Shown: positions 38,734 to 48,537 of the stretch, one piece after another
Layout of the letters: every line of letters starts with the position of its first letter
How positions within the stretch are numbered: position 1 is the first letter of the stretch
IMG/VR virus record: IMGVR_UViG_3300002054_000021
Location: 141,864 to 205,863 of that record
DNA from: a virus
Lineage: Duplodnaviria; Heunggongvirae; Uroviricota; Caudoviricetes
DNA: 64,000 nucleotides
Reading direction: 5' to 3' (one strand)
Made by a program: the position numbers and the translations under genes
Notes under the pieces: generated by a model
What the model saw: the letters and a program-made list of their open reading frames with translations, nothing else
Databases searched by the model: none
What the model was told of the DNA's origin: nothing

Positions 38734-40401
38734 TTGTTTGATAGAGACTTTATTGAAAAAATAAAATTGACTGTTAAGACATCAGAGGTGGTGGGTAAAA
38801 CAGTTAAATTGAAAAGGAGAGGTAGAGAATTTGTGGGTCTCTCCCCCTTCAAGGTTGAAAAAACGCCAAGCTTCACAGTTAGTGATGAAAAGGGATTTTA
38901 CCATTGTTTTTCATCTGGAAAGCACGGCGACATAATAAATTTCGTAATGGAAACTGAAAACGCTGACTTCACATCAGCTGTAAGAAAGATATGTTTAGAC
39001 TTTGGTATTGAGGAAGAATTCTCAAGCGAGGAAGATTTCAAAGCATACAAAAACCAAACATCCATGATGGACTGCTTAAAATCCGCACACGAGTTTTTTA
39101 AAGAATCATTATTTGCGGAAAGTTCAGGTAGTTTAGAGGCTAGATCCCATCTTATATCTAGAGGAATGAAGGTTAATGATGTTGGCAAATTCGGGATTGG
39201 GTATTCTGACTCTAACAAAAAATCATTATGCTTGCATCTTAACTCTTTAGGTTTTGATGATGAAATAATAACCGCATGTGGATTGTCAATGCCTAAAATT
39301 GACCAGCTTCCTATAATAGATAAATTTACGTCAAGAATAATGTTCCCCATAAAGAATAGATATGGTCAAGTTGTCGCCTTTGGTGGGAGAAAGGTTTCAG
39401 GTGATGGAGCTAAATATATAAACTCTCCAGAGACGGCAGTTTTTAAAAAGAGAGAAACATTATATAATATAGAAAATGTTCTTAAATCTTACAAGCACGG
39501 AAATAACGTTTTGTTTGTTGAGGGTTATATGGATGTCATATCCCTTCATCAGTCTGGAATTGTTAACGCATTGTCTCCTATGGGCACCGCGCTAACAATA
39601 GATCAGCTCACTAAAGTTTGGGACTTCTGCCCCAACCCAATAGTGTGTTTTGATGGAGATGAAGCTGGTAAAAGGTCTGCTATTAGATTTCTTAAATCCT
39701 GCCTTCCTGATGTCAAGCCAGAAAATACATTTAGCTTTGTATTTCTTGAAGATGGAATGGACCCAGAGGACTTTATAAATAAAAAAGGTGCCAATGAATT
39801 AAAAAGACTTATATCCTCTCCTGTGAGTATATGCGAGGCCGTATGGATGTTTGAAAAAGAACTGTTAAAACCAATCAACACTCCAGAAAAAAGGTCTTTA
39901 CTAAGACAAAACTGCTTGTCCGCAGTTTCTAAAGTTAAACATAAAGATTTAGGCTTTGGGTTTAGATCTGAAATAATAAAAATGTTCTCATCTGAGTTTC
40001 CTCAATCATATTCAAAATCAAGTAAAAGAGGTTACGTGGATGACAGATGTGAAGTATCAAGTGTGGATGGTAACAATATAGAATCGCTTTTAATGGGCTG
40101 TGTGTTTTTCTTTCCAGATATATTTAAGGGCATAAAAGACATGCTAAAAGGCATCGAATGTCAAACTCCAGAATGCAAAGAGATAAGATCTGCTTTATCA
40201 TCAATAAATGAAGACGCCAGCGCACTTGATGTTGAAAAAGAAATGCTTTTTAATCTGTCACCAGAATGTATAAAATACTTCATGAGGAACAAAAATAAGA
40301 TAATTCAATCTTTTGGGTCGGGAGAATTGCAATCAGATGATGTTTCAGAAATATGGAAATTTAATTTAAAAAAATTAATAGAGGTACGCGCTAGTGGATA
40401 A
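38734..40401 (+). CDS. dnaG: DNA primase, bacterial DnaG type
   Basis: Zn-binding domain (GLSPF...YHCFSSGKHGD), KYINSPET, TOPRIM EGYMDV and FDGDEAG, DPED. Confidence 0.97.
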   Translation: MFDRDFIEKIKLTVKTSEVVGKTVKLKRRGREFVGLSPFKVEKTPSFTVSDEKGFYHCFSSGKHGDIINFVMETENADFTSAVRKICLDFGIEEEFSSEEDFKAYKNQTSMMDCLKSAHEFFKESLFAESSGSLEARSHLISRGMKVNDVGKFGIGYSDSNKKSLCLHLNSLGFDDEIITACGLSMPKIDQLPIIDKFTSRIMFPIKNRYGQVVAFGGRKVSGDGAKYINSPETAVFKKRETLYNIENVLKSYKHGNNVLFVEGYMDVISLHQSGIVNALSPMGTALTIDQLTKVWDFCPNPIVCFDGDEAGKRSAIRFLKSCLPDVKPENTFSFVFLEDGMDPEDFINKKGANELKRLISSPVSICEAVWMFEKELLKPINTPEKRSLLRQNCLSAVSKVKHKDLGFGFRSEIIKMFSSEFPQSYSKSSKRGYVDDRCEVSSVDGNNIESLLMGCVFFFPDIFKGIKDMLKGIECQTPECKEIRSALSSINEDASALDVEKEMLFNLSPECIKYFMRNKNKIIQSFGSGELQSDDVSEIWKFNLKKLIEVRASG

Positions 40402-41140
40402 GTTAGATTATGCGAATAGAGTTATAGTTGGAGATACCGAAACTACTGGACTATTCAGCGCAACTGATAGGATAACTGAAGTTGGATTTATGGAGGTTAT
40501 TGACTTTAAATCTACTGGAAAATTCTTTCACTCGTACATTTACAGTGGAAAAAAAATACCTGATAGAGTTGTTGAGCTTACAGGTATAACAAATTCATTC
40601 TTAGAGGGTAAGCCAGAGTTCAAAACTATAGCCCCATTGATGATGAACTTTATCGGTGATTCTAAAATGGTATTCCATAACGCTGATTTTGATATGGGAT
40701 TCATAAATTCAGAATTAAGGAAGTGCTTACTCCCAGAATATCCTAATGATAGATTTATAGATACACTTAAGATAGCTCGTGAAAAATTTGCAGGAAGAAA
40801 AAACTCATTAGACGCTTTATGCTCAAGGTTTGGCATATCGCTTTCTGGTAGAGAATTGCATGGGGCAATTGTTGATACTGGATTACTGTGTGGTGTTTAT
40901 AAAGAGCTTTGCCTTGAGAAACCAGACCTGTTTAATGGAGATGGAATCGAAAAAAAGAGTGAGACTGTAAGTAAATTTATATACAACGCTCCTAAAAGAC
41001 CAACTCCATTACCATCACTAATTACTGACGATGAGAGAAACAACCACAATAGATTTATAAACGAAATGGAGAGTGAGGGGAACAGGATGTTGTGGTGGCG
41101 TCACTTAGATAAAGATAAAATAAAACTTGACACTGAGTAA
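40394..41140 (+). CDS. dnaQ: DNA polymerase III epsilon-like 3'-5' exonuclease
   Basis: DTETTG, HNADFD, SLDALCSRFGI, LHGAIVD. Confidence 0.95.
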   Translation: MDKLDYANRVIVGDTETTGLFSATDRITEVGFMEVIDFKSTGKFFHSYIYSGKKIPDRVVELTGITNSFLEGKPEFKTIAPLMMNFIGDSKMVFHNADFDMGFINSELRKCLLPEYPNDRFIDTLKIAREKFAGRKNSLDALCSRFGISLSGRELHGAIVDTGLLCGVYKELCLEKPDLFNGDGIEKKSETVSKFIYNAPKRPTPLPSLITDDERNNHNRFINEMESEGNRMLWWRHLDKDKIKLDTE

Positions 41141-41160
41141 GGCCAGTCTTATAAGTATGT

Positions 41161-41721
41161 ATGACATGTAGCCTTAACATAATATACGTCGATGACTTTG
41201 CTGATGTTTCAGATTTTGAACCATTAAGCAATATAGATTGGGTTCAAAGAGAAAATACTCCAAGAAAAGAGTATTGGGACACCACTCTTGGTGAGGCATA
41301 CACATATGGATCTGGAAATGGCATCAGGACTTACGAGCCAAATCCTAGACTAGACATAATTAATAAATACAGAGATAGATTAGAAGAAGAGTATGGTGTG
41401 TTTTATGAAGGTTGCTTCTTAAATAAATACGACACAAAAAAAGACTGGCTTGGTTGGCACTCTGACGATGATGAGGGAATAGACCACTCAAAACCTATAG
41501 CTGTGATAACTCTTGGACAAGAGAGGGAAATAAATTGGAAGCCTATGGGTTCTAAAGGGAATGATTCTATAAGTAGGATAATGCTTAAGAGTGGATCTCT
41601 TTTTATAATGCCTGCAGGAATGCAACAAACCCATTTACATAAAATACCAAAATCTGGCAAAGATATTGGTGTGAGAATATCTTTAACTTTCAGATCATTG
41701 ATGGAGAATAAAAATGATTAA
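41161..41721 (+). CDS. alkB: AlkB-family 2OG-Fe(II) dioxygenase
   Basis: LNKY...LGWHSDDD, HLHKIPK, RISLTFR. Confidence 0.9.
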   Translation: MTCSLNIIYVDDFADVSDFEPLSNIDWVQRENTPRKEYWDTTLGEAYTYGSGNGIRTYEPNPRLDIINKYRDRLEEEYGVFYEGCFLNKYDTKKDWLGWHSDDDEGIDHSKPIAVITLGQEREINWKPMGSKGNDSISRIMLKSGSLFIMPAGMQQTHLHKIPKSGKDIGVRISLTFRSLMENKND

Positions 41722-42004
41722 GAAAATATCTGTGATTTTATTATGTTCGCTATTAGCATCTTGTGCTGTAGGTGATTCTGATGTCTCTAATACATCGCCT
41801 GAAGAGTCTTCTTCATACCACACAAAAGGTAATAGATTAAATATAATAAAGAGTAAAAGGTTTTATGTTGACGAAGAGACTGGATGTCAATATATACAAG
41901 CCGCATATGCTGAGGGAGTTTGGACCCCCAGAATTGATTCTGATGGAGTCACACATAAAGGTTGTCGTCATGGGTCTCCTTTACTAGCGGACAACAAATA
42001 CTAA
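41714..42004 (+). CDS. putative lipoprotein
   Basis: Lipobox LASC; DEETGCQY. Confidence 0.6.
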   Translation: MIKKISVILLCSLLASCAVGDSDVSNTSPEESSSYHTKGNRLNIIKSKRFYVDEETGCQYIQAAYAEGVWTPRIDSDGVTHKGCRHGSPLLADNKY

Positions 42005-43387
42005 CTAAAGATAAAATGATCCGTCATCATTAATATTACTCATCCTATTGCTGGAAATTAATGCTGGCCCACTTTTTATCCTAGCTTTAAATGCGACGGC
42101 TACCGAAGGGTCTAGATTTTTAGCATTATCTAACATCCATCTGACATAACTAATTGGTATGTCTTTTATTTTTACACCAGCATGTTTACCCCAAGGCATA
42201 GGTGTCTCTTGACTATAGAACATTTTGAATTTTGCACTTCCAGCACTTTGATTACTTCTGTTCGGCGTTACTTGACCAAATTCATTGAATAAGTCATGGT
42301 AACCCTTTCTAGTTTCTCTTATCTCGTACTTTAATGGATTGCCCATTCTTTTATAATTACCACTAAGGTCAAAAACAGATGCCCTTTTTCCTTCAAATAT
42401 CCTAGCTATTCTTCCTATTTTTTGATAATGTAGAGCAGGGCTTCTTATAGGCCTAGCGTCTATAATGCAGTCGAGTCTAGGATTATCATACCCAGTTGTT
42501 AAGGTCCCCACATTGGATACAAACTGTATTTCACCAGAATTAAACTTCTCTAAATTCTCTCTTCTCTCTTTCTTTTTGGTGAGCGCATTAATTTCACATG
42601 CAGAAAAACCTAACTCCCTTATCCTTCTTACAATCTCAACACTGCTAGCAACATCCGTCGCAAATATTAGAACAGAGCTAAATGTATCATGTATGCTTTT
42701 GACAACATCCAACACCTTTCCTTCGATATCATTTTCTTGAATGAACAATGTTAGAGATTCTTTAGTATAATCACCTCCAGTAGAGTTGACAACCAAAATA
42801 TTATCGTCTGTTTTTATTTCGTGGAACTCTGGATTTACTAAAAAGCCTTTTTCTACTAACTCCCAAGGATTAATATTGTATATTATTTCCTTAAATATTT
42901 TTGGCCTAGTTCTAGTTATCATTCTTGTTTCTGAACCCATAGAGTTTCTATGCTGCCTATATGGGGTTGCGGTCAACCCTATAAGCCTTTTAGGTTTAAG
43001 TTCATCTATGAGAGTTTTATACATTCCTCCGCTGGAGTTAACATTGTGGCACTCATCAACTATTATATTTTCAAAACCATCAAAAAGATCTAACTTTTTT
43101 ATTATAGAGCCTATAGTGGCGTACACAGTGTGAGACATTTTTTTCTCACCATATGATGCACTGTAAGCTGTTGCGTCTAAAACACCAGCCCAATGTATTT
43201 TTTGTATATTAGATTTAAGTATCTCTGCAGAAGGTTGAAGGACTAAAGTTTTCCCCTGTGATCTCTGAACTATACCAGAAGCAACTACTGACTTACCGCA
43301 GCCTGTAGCGGCAGATATAACTCCATTTGAGCATTCCATAGCAGCTTGTATTGCCTCATCTTGGTAAGGCCTATTTACTATTTTCAA
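42005..43387 (-). CDS. superfamily 2 DExH helicase (UvsW/YejH-like)
   Basis: RPYQ, ATGCGKS, DECH, LTATP, LTTGYDNP, QKIGR. Confidence 0.95.
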   Translation of the reverse strand: MKIVNRPYQDEAIQAAMECSNGVISAATGCGKSVVASGIVQRSQGKTLVLQPSAEILKSNIQKIHWAGVLDATAYSASYGEKKMSHTVYATIGSIIKKLDLFDGFENIIVDECHNVNSSGGMYKTLIDELKPKRLIGLTATPYRQHRNSMGSETRMITRTRPKIFKEIIYNINPWELVEKGFLVNPEFHEIKTDDNILVVNSTGGDYTKESLTLFIQENDIEGKVLDVVKSIHDTFSSVLIFATDVASSVEIVRRIRELGFSACEINALTKKKERRENLEKFNSGEIQFVSNVGTLTTGYDNPRLDCIIDARPIRSPALHYQKIGRIARIFEGKRASVFDLSGNYKRMGNPLKYEIRETRKGYHDLFNEFGQVTPNRSNQSAGSAKFKMFYSQETPMPWGKHAGVKIKDIPISYVRWMLDNAKNLDPSVAVAFKARIKSGPALISSNRMSNINDDGSFYL

Positions 43388-43478
43388 GAAACTTCCCCCG
43401 CCCCTTTTTGAAATCTTTTATTGATTTCTGTTTTTTAATATGATACATTATTTTTATCAATAAGTCAACAGGTTTGTC

Positions 43479-43913
43479 ATGAAGAAGATATTAGTGTGTG
43501 GGGGTCGCCATTTTGGAGAGCTTAATTACAATGAGCAAATTGAAGGCAAATGGATAAAAGTAGAAAGAGATTATGATCAGGTAAAGGCAGAAAGAATTTT
43601 AATGAATGCAGTCCTATATATGATAAAGCCCACATTTATTGTTCAGGGTGCAGCCAAGGGCGCAGATTCAATGTCGGTGAGATGGGCAGATAAGTTTAAT
43701 GTTGACCATTCTGGTGATATTTACAAGGCAGATTGGGATCTTCATGGCCACAAAGCTGGTATGATAAGAAACAAATTAATGCTTTCAGAGAACAAAGATA
43801 TAGAACTAGTTGTAGCATTTGAGGGAGGGTCTGGAACAGAAAACATGACATTCATTTCTAAAAAATCAGGCATAGAGGTTATAGAGCCTAAGATAATATC
43901 AACTACCGTCTGA
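43479..43913 (+). CDS. YspA/SLOG-family (DUF2493) protein
   Basis: LVCGGR, GAAKGAD, ADW..HG.KAG.IRN. Confidence 0.85.
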   Translation: MKKILVCGGRHFGELNYNEQIEGKWIKVERDYDQVKAERILMNAVLYMIKPTFIVQGAAKGADSMSVRWADKFNVDHSGDIYKADWDLHGHKAGMIRNKLMLSENKDIELVVAFEGGSGTENMTFISKKSGIEVIEPKIISTTV

Positions 43914-44309
43914 AAATGAAACTATTTGACCTAAAGACACAGTTTGATTTGTCCAACTTGTATTACTTGAATAGAATTTAGTCGGATCTTTTATTTGGTT
44001 CCAATTCATGCCAAACAATACCTCACCGTTGCGGTTAAAGCTCACGGAGTTTATAACGCAGTTTAGTACGTCCTTCTTGTAAGGGGCACTGTTGTATGGC
44101 ATATTGTATTTAACAGGAGTTGCGACAACTTTTAATCCAATATACTTTTCAACTATCCTTGACCTTATTAAACTCATGCGCCTTTCATGCCTATCAAGCT
44201 CCTCTTGGGCATCACTAACATCACTATCAATAAGCTTGGATATTTTCAAGCATTGCTGATAGGGTAGATTTGTGTTTATCTGAGACTTTCTTCTACTTCT
44301 TGAAGTCAC
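43899..44309 (-). CDS. hypothetical protein
   Basis: Coupled ORF. Confidence 0.6.
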   Translation of the reverse strand: MTSRSRRKSQINTNLPYQQCLKISKLIDSDVSDAQEELDRHERRMSLIRSRIVEKYIGLKVVATPVKYNMPYNSAPYKKDVLNCVINSVSFNRNGEVLFGMNWNQIKDPTKFYSSNTSWTNQTVSLGQIVSFSDGS

Positions 44310-44767
44310 TAAAAATCCTCACACTTTTGTCCGACATCAAAAAGAAATATTCCTCTTGCTATCCACACATCTCGACATACACATGGCCTATCATCAACCG
44401 CAAAAGATATTATCTTACCAGTGGACGACTGTAGGTCTTCAACCATTCTATTTTTTACAACAACATCAGATACCGATGCTTCTGAATATCTATCTCTCAT
44501 CATAAAATGATCAAATGTTATACCATTACGATCCAGCCATTCGATAGTGACATCTCTAAACTCGCTAGATCTACCAGTAAATATGGCCATGTCATACTTT
44601 TTCGTAGCCTGTATGGCTTTGTACAAATCAATTACGGCGTCATTAGGAGTGTCAAGAAACATACTGTAATTGAATGACGGCCAGTCTGGATTATCACATT
44701 GAACCAAGTGTCTCCTGTGTTCTATATTTGCTAGTGATCCATCAATGTCGAAAACGCATATGGTCAT
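44309..44767 (-). CDS. HAD-family RNA 3'-phosphatase (PNKP phosphatase domain only)
   Basis: FDIDGSL, FTGR, WL, MR...D...K, DDR. Confidence 0.85.
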   Translation of the reverse strand: MTICVFDIDGSLANIEHRRHLVQCDNPDWPSFNYSMFLDTPNDAVIDLYKAIQATKKYDMAIFTGRSSEFRDVTIEWLDRNGITFDHFMMRDRYSEASVSDVVVKNRMVEDLQSSTGKIISFAVDDRPCVCRDVWIARGIFLFDVGQKCEDF

Positions 44768-44785
44768 TTTTCTACCTTAATAATT

Positions 44786-45574
44786 TTATTGCATCTTGTA
44801 TTTTATGATTTCAAAAGCATCCTCATATGTCTCATCATCATTTTCCGAGGTAAGATGACTTGACATCATTTCACTTACACTGAAGGGTATGGGTTTAGAG
44901 ACAATTTTAGATCTCACGATATTATCTTCTATAGTATACATCTCCTTGTAAGAGGCAACCCCATAAAAGTACATATCTTCTATAGCGTCATGTATACTTT
45001 CAACATCAAGTTCTGAAATTATCATTGACCTCTTTTCTTCATCTTTGACACCTTGAAGAGATTTGTGCCCAAATATACCATGAGCCTTAGAGCTTACAGC
45101 GTTTTTCATAGCATCATTCTGTCTCCAAACAAGCTTATTATATAACTCTATTAGATTTGGTACTTGACAAACTCTAGTATCAAAGTGAGGGACCTTAGAC
45201 CCTCCCTTCTCAGATATATCATTTATTTTTCTGGAAAAATTTGATGAAGCAGATCCAGCTAAAACGGTTGCCATTTTCATAACTCTACCACCAAACATAA
45301 AATTTTCTATAGGTTTACCATTTTTCCAAAATAGAGATATCTCATCTGATTGAGTAAATGCAAAGTCGGCGTGTGTTTTTTCAACCAAGTACTCTGCAGT
45401 GCTTATCATAGAATTAGAAATATCTTTATCAAATGGCTTATCAAATGATTTGGTATAACTAGAGAACTTCCTGCCATCTACACGAGCGTAAACAGGCAAG
45501 AAGTTCATCAGTTTAATATTATTAATAGATTCGTATGATTTCATACGATCACCTAAATTATCTTGAGTCATCAT
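44786..45574 (-). CDS. thg1: tRNA-His guanylyltransferase-like 3'-5' polymerase (Thg1/TLP)
   Basis: LGDRMKSYE, ARVDGRKFS, FTQSDEIS, FDTR, WRQNDA. Confidence 0.95.
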   Translation of the reverse strand: MMTQDNLGDRMKSYESINNIKLMNFLPVYARVDGRKFSSYTKSFDKPFDKDISNSMISTAEYLVEKTHADFAFTQSDEISLFWKNGKPIENFMFGGRVMKMATVLAGSASSNFSRKINDISEKGGSKVPHFDTRVCQVPNLIELYNKLVWRQNDAMKNAVSSKAHGIFGHKSLQGVKDEEKRSMIISELDVESIHDAIEDMYFYGVASYKEMYTIEDNIVRSKIVSKPIPFSVSEMMSSHLTSENDDETYEDAFEIIKYKMQ

Positions 45575-45585
45575 GTATCCTCAGA

Positions 45586-46800
45586 TTAACCTTTTACATT
45601 AACCACCTGCTTCAAGGTATGCATTACTTCTATTAAATCAGACTGAGCCGCAATAACTGCATCTATATTTTTATATGCAGATGGACTTTCATCAAGGATG
45701 GCCTTATCCTTTCTGCACTCAATCCCTTCAGTGGCAGCTATATGTTCCTCAATAGATATCTTCTTTTTAGCCTCGGTTCTAGACATTACTCTACCAGCTC
45801 CATGTGAGCATGAGCAGAAAGAGTCTGGATTTCCAAGCCCCCTAACAATTAAACTTTTAGCTCCCATAGAGGCAGGTATAATTCCTAAGTCGTCTTTCCG
45901 AGCACGAACAGCGCCTTTGCGAGTAACGTACACGTCCTCTCCAAAGTGATTTTCCATTTCAGCGTAATTATGATGACAATTGACGGCAACTTTACCTAGT
46001 TTAAATGGCCTCAAATGCTTCCTCAAAACCCTGAGTACGCTATCCATCATAACATTCCTGTTTTCACGAGCGTAATTCTGAGACCACTGCATAGCTTCCC
46101 AGTAATCATTAAAAGACCCTGAGCCTTCAACAAGATATGCTAAGTCTGCGTCAGGCAAGTTAATGAAATGTCTCTCCATTTCTTTCTTAGCCTGCTTGAT
46201 GAATGTTTGTCCTATCATATTGCCAATACCTCTAGACCCGCTATGAAGCATGACCCAAACGATATTATTTTCATCTAAGCATACTTCAATAAAGTGATTT
46301 CCTCCGCCTAAAGATCCAAGTTGCTTTGAAGCATCTTTTTTTGCAAGGTGTGGAAACTTGTCTTTTATCTTAGCAAGACCAGCATCTAAAGATGCGTACT
46401 TCGTTAGGACGGAATTTGGAACTACGTCCCAAGAACCCTTAACAGACCTCCCTCTTACAGTAACAAATCCATGAGGAACAGCCCTCTCTATGTCTGACCT
46501 GATCTCCTTTAGTGAATCTGGCAAGTCGTCAGCTGTAAGAGTTGTTTGCACGGCATGCATACCGCAACCAAGGTCAACGCCAACAGCGGCTGGTATAATG
46601 GCCTTTTTTGTGGCTATTACAGAACCAACCGTAGACCCTCTACCAAAGTGACCATCTGGCATGACCGCGATGTGCTTGTGTATAAATGGCAAGCTTGCTG
46701 TCTTATGCAGTTGCGCATACGTGTTTTCATCAAAATGAACACCTTTATCCCAAGCTTTAACAGGAAAGGAGCCTTCTTCTTTGTAATACGTATATGTCAT
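45586..46800 (-). CDS. rtcB: RtcB RNA ligase
   Basis: MPDGH, GVDLGCG, GGGNHFIE, HSGSRG, HHNY, RKGA, HGAGR, DESPSAYK. Confidence 0.98.
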   Translation of the reverse strand: MTYTYYKEEGSFPVKAWDKGVHFDENTYAQLHKTASLPFIHKHIAVMPDGHFGRGSTVGSVIATKKAIIPAAVGVDLGCGMHAVQTTLTADDLPDSLKEIRSDIERAVPHGFVTVRGRSVKGSWDVVPNSVLTKYASLDAGLAKIKDKFPHLAKKDASKQLGSLGGGNHFIEVCLDENNIVWVMLHSGSRGIGNMIGQTFIKQAKKEMERHFINLPDADLAYLVEGSGSFNDYWEAMQWSQNYARENRNVMMDSVLRVLRKHLRPFKLGKVAVNCHHNYAEMENHFGEDVYVTRKGAVRARKDDLGIIPASMGAKSLIVRGLGNPDSFCSCSHGAGRVMSRTEAKKKISIEEHIAATEGIECRKDKAILDESPSAYKNIDAVIAAQSDLIEVMHTLKQVVNVKG

Positions 46801-46803
46801 TGC

Positions 46804-47007
46804 TCAATCCTTTCTTATTTCATCTAAATAATTTAGAGCTTTTATTGCTCTTTCACATTCTCTTAACCTAGAGTTTTCTCTAGATAAGTAATTAATTCTC
46901 TCTTTAACCTTGCTAATAATATTAGATGCAAGCGGTATTTTCTGAAGATAAGCTTCAGCTTGCATTGCAGTTAACATACTTATAAGTTCTTCGTCAGACA
47001 TATTCAT
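46804..47007 (-). CDS. hypothetical protein
   Basis: ORF track. Confidence 0.55.
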   Translation of the reverse strand: MNMSDEELISMLTAMQAEAYLQKIPLASNIISKVKERINYLSRENSRLRECERAIKALNYLDEIRKD

Positions 47008-47016
47008 ATTTTATAT

Positions 47017-47697
47017 TTATATATAATCGTCGTCAAGTCTTATTTTAGTTTTTTCTATATCCAGTAAAGTTAAATGACCTTTACTTTTGTGAGCGCCAGT
47101 ATCTACAAAGAGTACGTTGCCGACCACGACGACATTAATTCTTGGCGTATGTCCGCAAAAAACTTTTCCTATATTCTTTATAAACTTTTCCTTCCTTTCA
47201 TTGTTTATAACAGATCGACCCCAAAGCATGAAGTCCTCATTATGTCTTGCAGTGACATTATTCCAGTCTCTAGGAGGATCTGTGTGACATATTCCTATAG
47301 AATCCTCTCCATCACCTATAGTTATAGAGTAAGGCAGTCTACGAGCCATTTCAGCAGCCTTATTAAGCCTATCCTCAGGAGCTGATAGAGACCACTCGCC
47401 GCCATTAGAAAGCCACACGTTTCTGTACTCCTTATCTCTGCCTATAATGCTCTTAACTAACATATCTTCATGGTTTCCCTTCACAGCAAAAAACCAATCT
47501 TGATATATTAATTCAAGACAACTTAAGGAGTGAGGACCTCTGTCGATTAAGTCTCCGACAGAAAATATCCTATCCTTTTCTTTATCGAACTGAACAGAGT
47601 TCATGCATTCAAATAATTGCGCAATTTCACCATGAATATCTCCACACACAAAATCTCTGCCTTTTTGATTGAATTCAAATTTATCATTCCTTAACAT
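47017..47697 (-). CDS. metallophosphoesterase (PphA/NinI-like)
   Basis: GDIHG, GDLIDRG, GNHE, GHT, DTG. Confidence 0.95.
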   Translation of the reverse strand: MLRNDKFEFNQKGRDFVCGDIHGEIAQLFECMNSVQFDKEKDRIFSVGDLIDRGPHSLSCLELIYQDWFFAVKGNHEDMLVKSIIGRDKEYRNVWLSNGGEWSLSAPEDRLNKAAEMARRLPYSITIGDGEDSIGICHTDPPRDWNNVTARHNEDFMLWGRSVINNERKEKFIKNIGKVFCGHTPRINVVVVGNVLFVDTGAHKSKGHLTLLDIEKTKIRLDDDYI

Positions 47698-47792
47698 TTT
47701 CTTGACTTTTCCTTAATTTGTGATATATTATAACAATACTGATCGCGGAATTGGCGTTCCCATCAGCACTAAACCTTATAGGAGGATCAGCA

Positions 47793-48530
47793 ATGAAAAT
47801 TAATAAAACTATAGTATACAAAACCACTAACCTTGTCAATGGTAAATACTATATTGGCACACACAGGTGCGGAAAACAACCTTATTGCAAGTCTGGAAGA
47901 TGTAGGTATTTAGGTTCTGGAATATTGCTTCAGGATGCCGTAAAAAAATACGGCAGAGATAAATTTATAAGAGAAACTCTCTTTGAGTTCGATTTTTATG
48001 AGGACGCGATAACTAAAGAAGAAGAATTAGTTACAAGGGAATTAATAATTGATAACGATTGCTACAATATACATTTAGGTGGAGGATATAATGAGGGCTA
48101 CGATAAAGATAAATTAGAATTGTTTAGGAATAACTCCTTAGGCGAAAACAACCCTATGTTTGGTAAAAGGCATTCCCAAAAAACAAAAGATTTAATTAGT
48201 AGAATTATGACAGATATGAATAAGGATAAAAATTATACCCATCCATCAAAAGGAAAGAGAAGAGGAGATTTGTCTGAGAGAAACAGAATTCCTACAAAAT
48301 TTATGAATAATGGAATTATTCAAAAGAAGATTAGAATAGAAGATATTGCCTATATGGAGACTTGTGGTTTTTCTCTAGGAATGCTTGATAGTAAGAGTAA
48401 AAAAGGAAAGCCTTTTGAAAAAGTTAAGTGTGAATATTGCGGAATAGAAAAACCAAAGAATTCTATTTGGCGACATAAAATTAAATGTGAAAAAGGGCCA
48501 CCGAAGCAGCCCTTTATAACAAGAATTTAA
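47793..48530 (+). mobile_element. GIY-YIG (Seg-like) homing endonuclease with NUMOD3
   Basis: IVYKTTNLVNGKYYIG, YLGSG, YN...GG, NPMFGKRHSQKTK; ATG 47793 after GGAGG. Confidence 0.9.
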
Positions 48531-48537
48531 ATTAACT

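Noticed and set aside
38734-46800. Self-splicing introns or inteins in dnaG, helicase or rtcB
   Set aside because: The ORFs are uninterrupted and of normal length, with no intein motifs.
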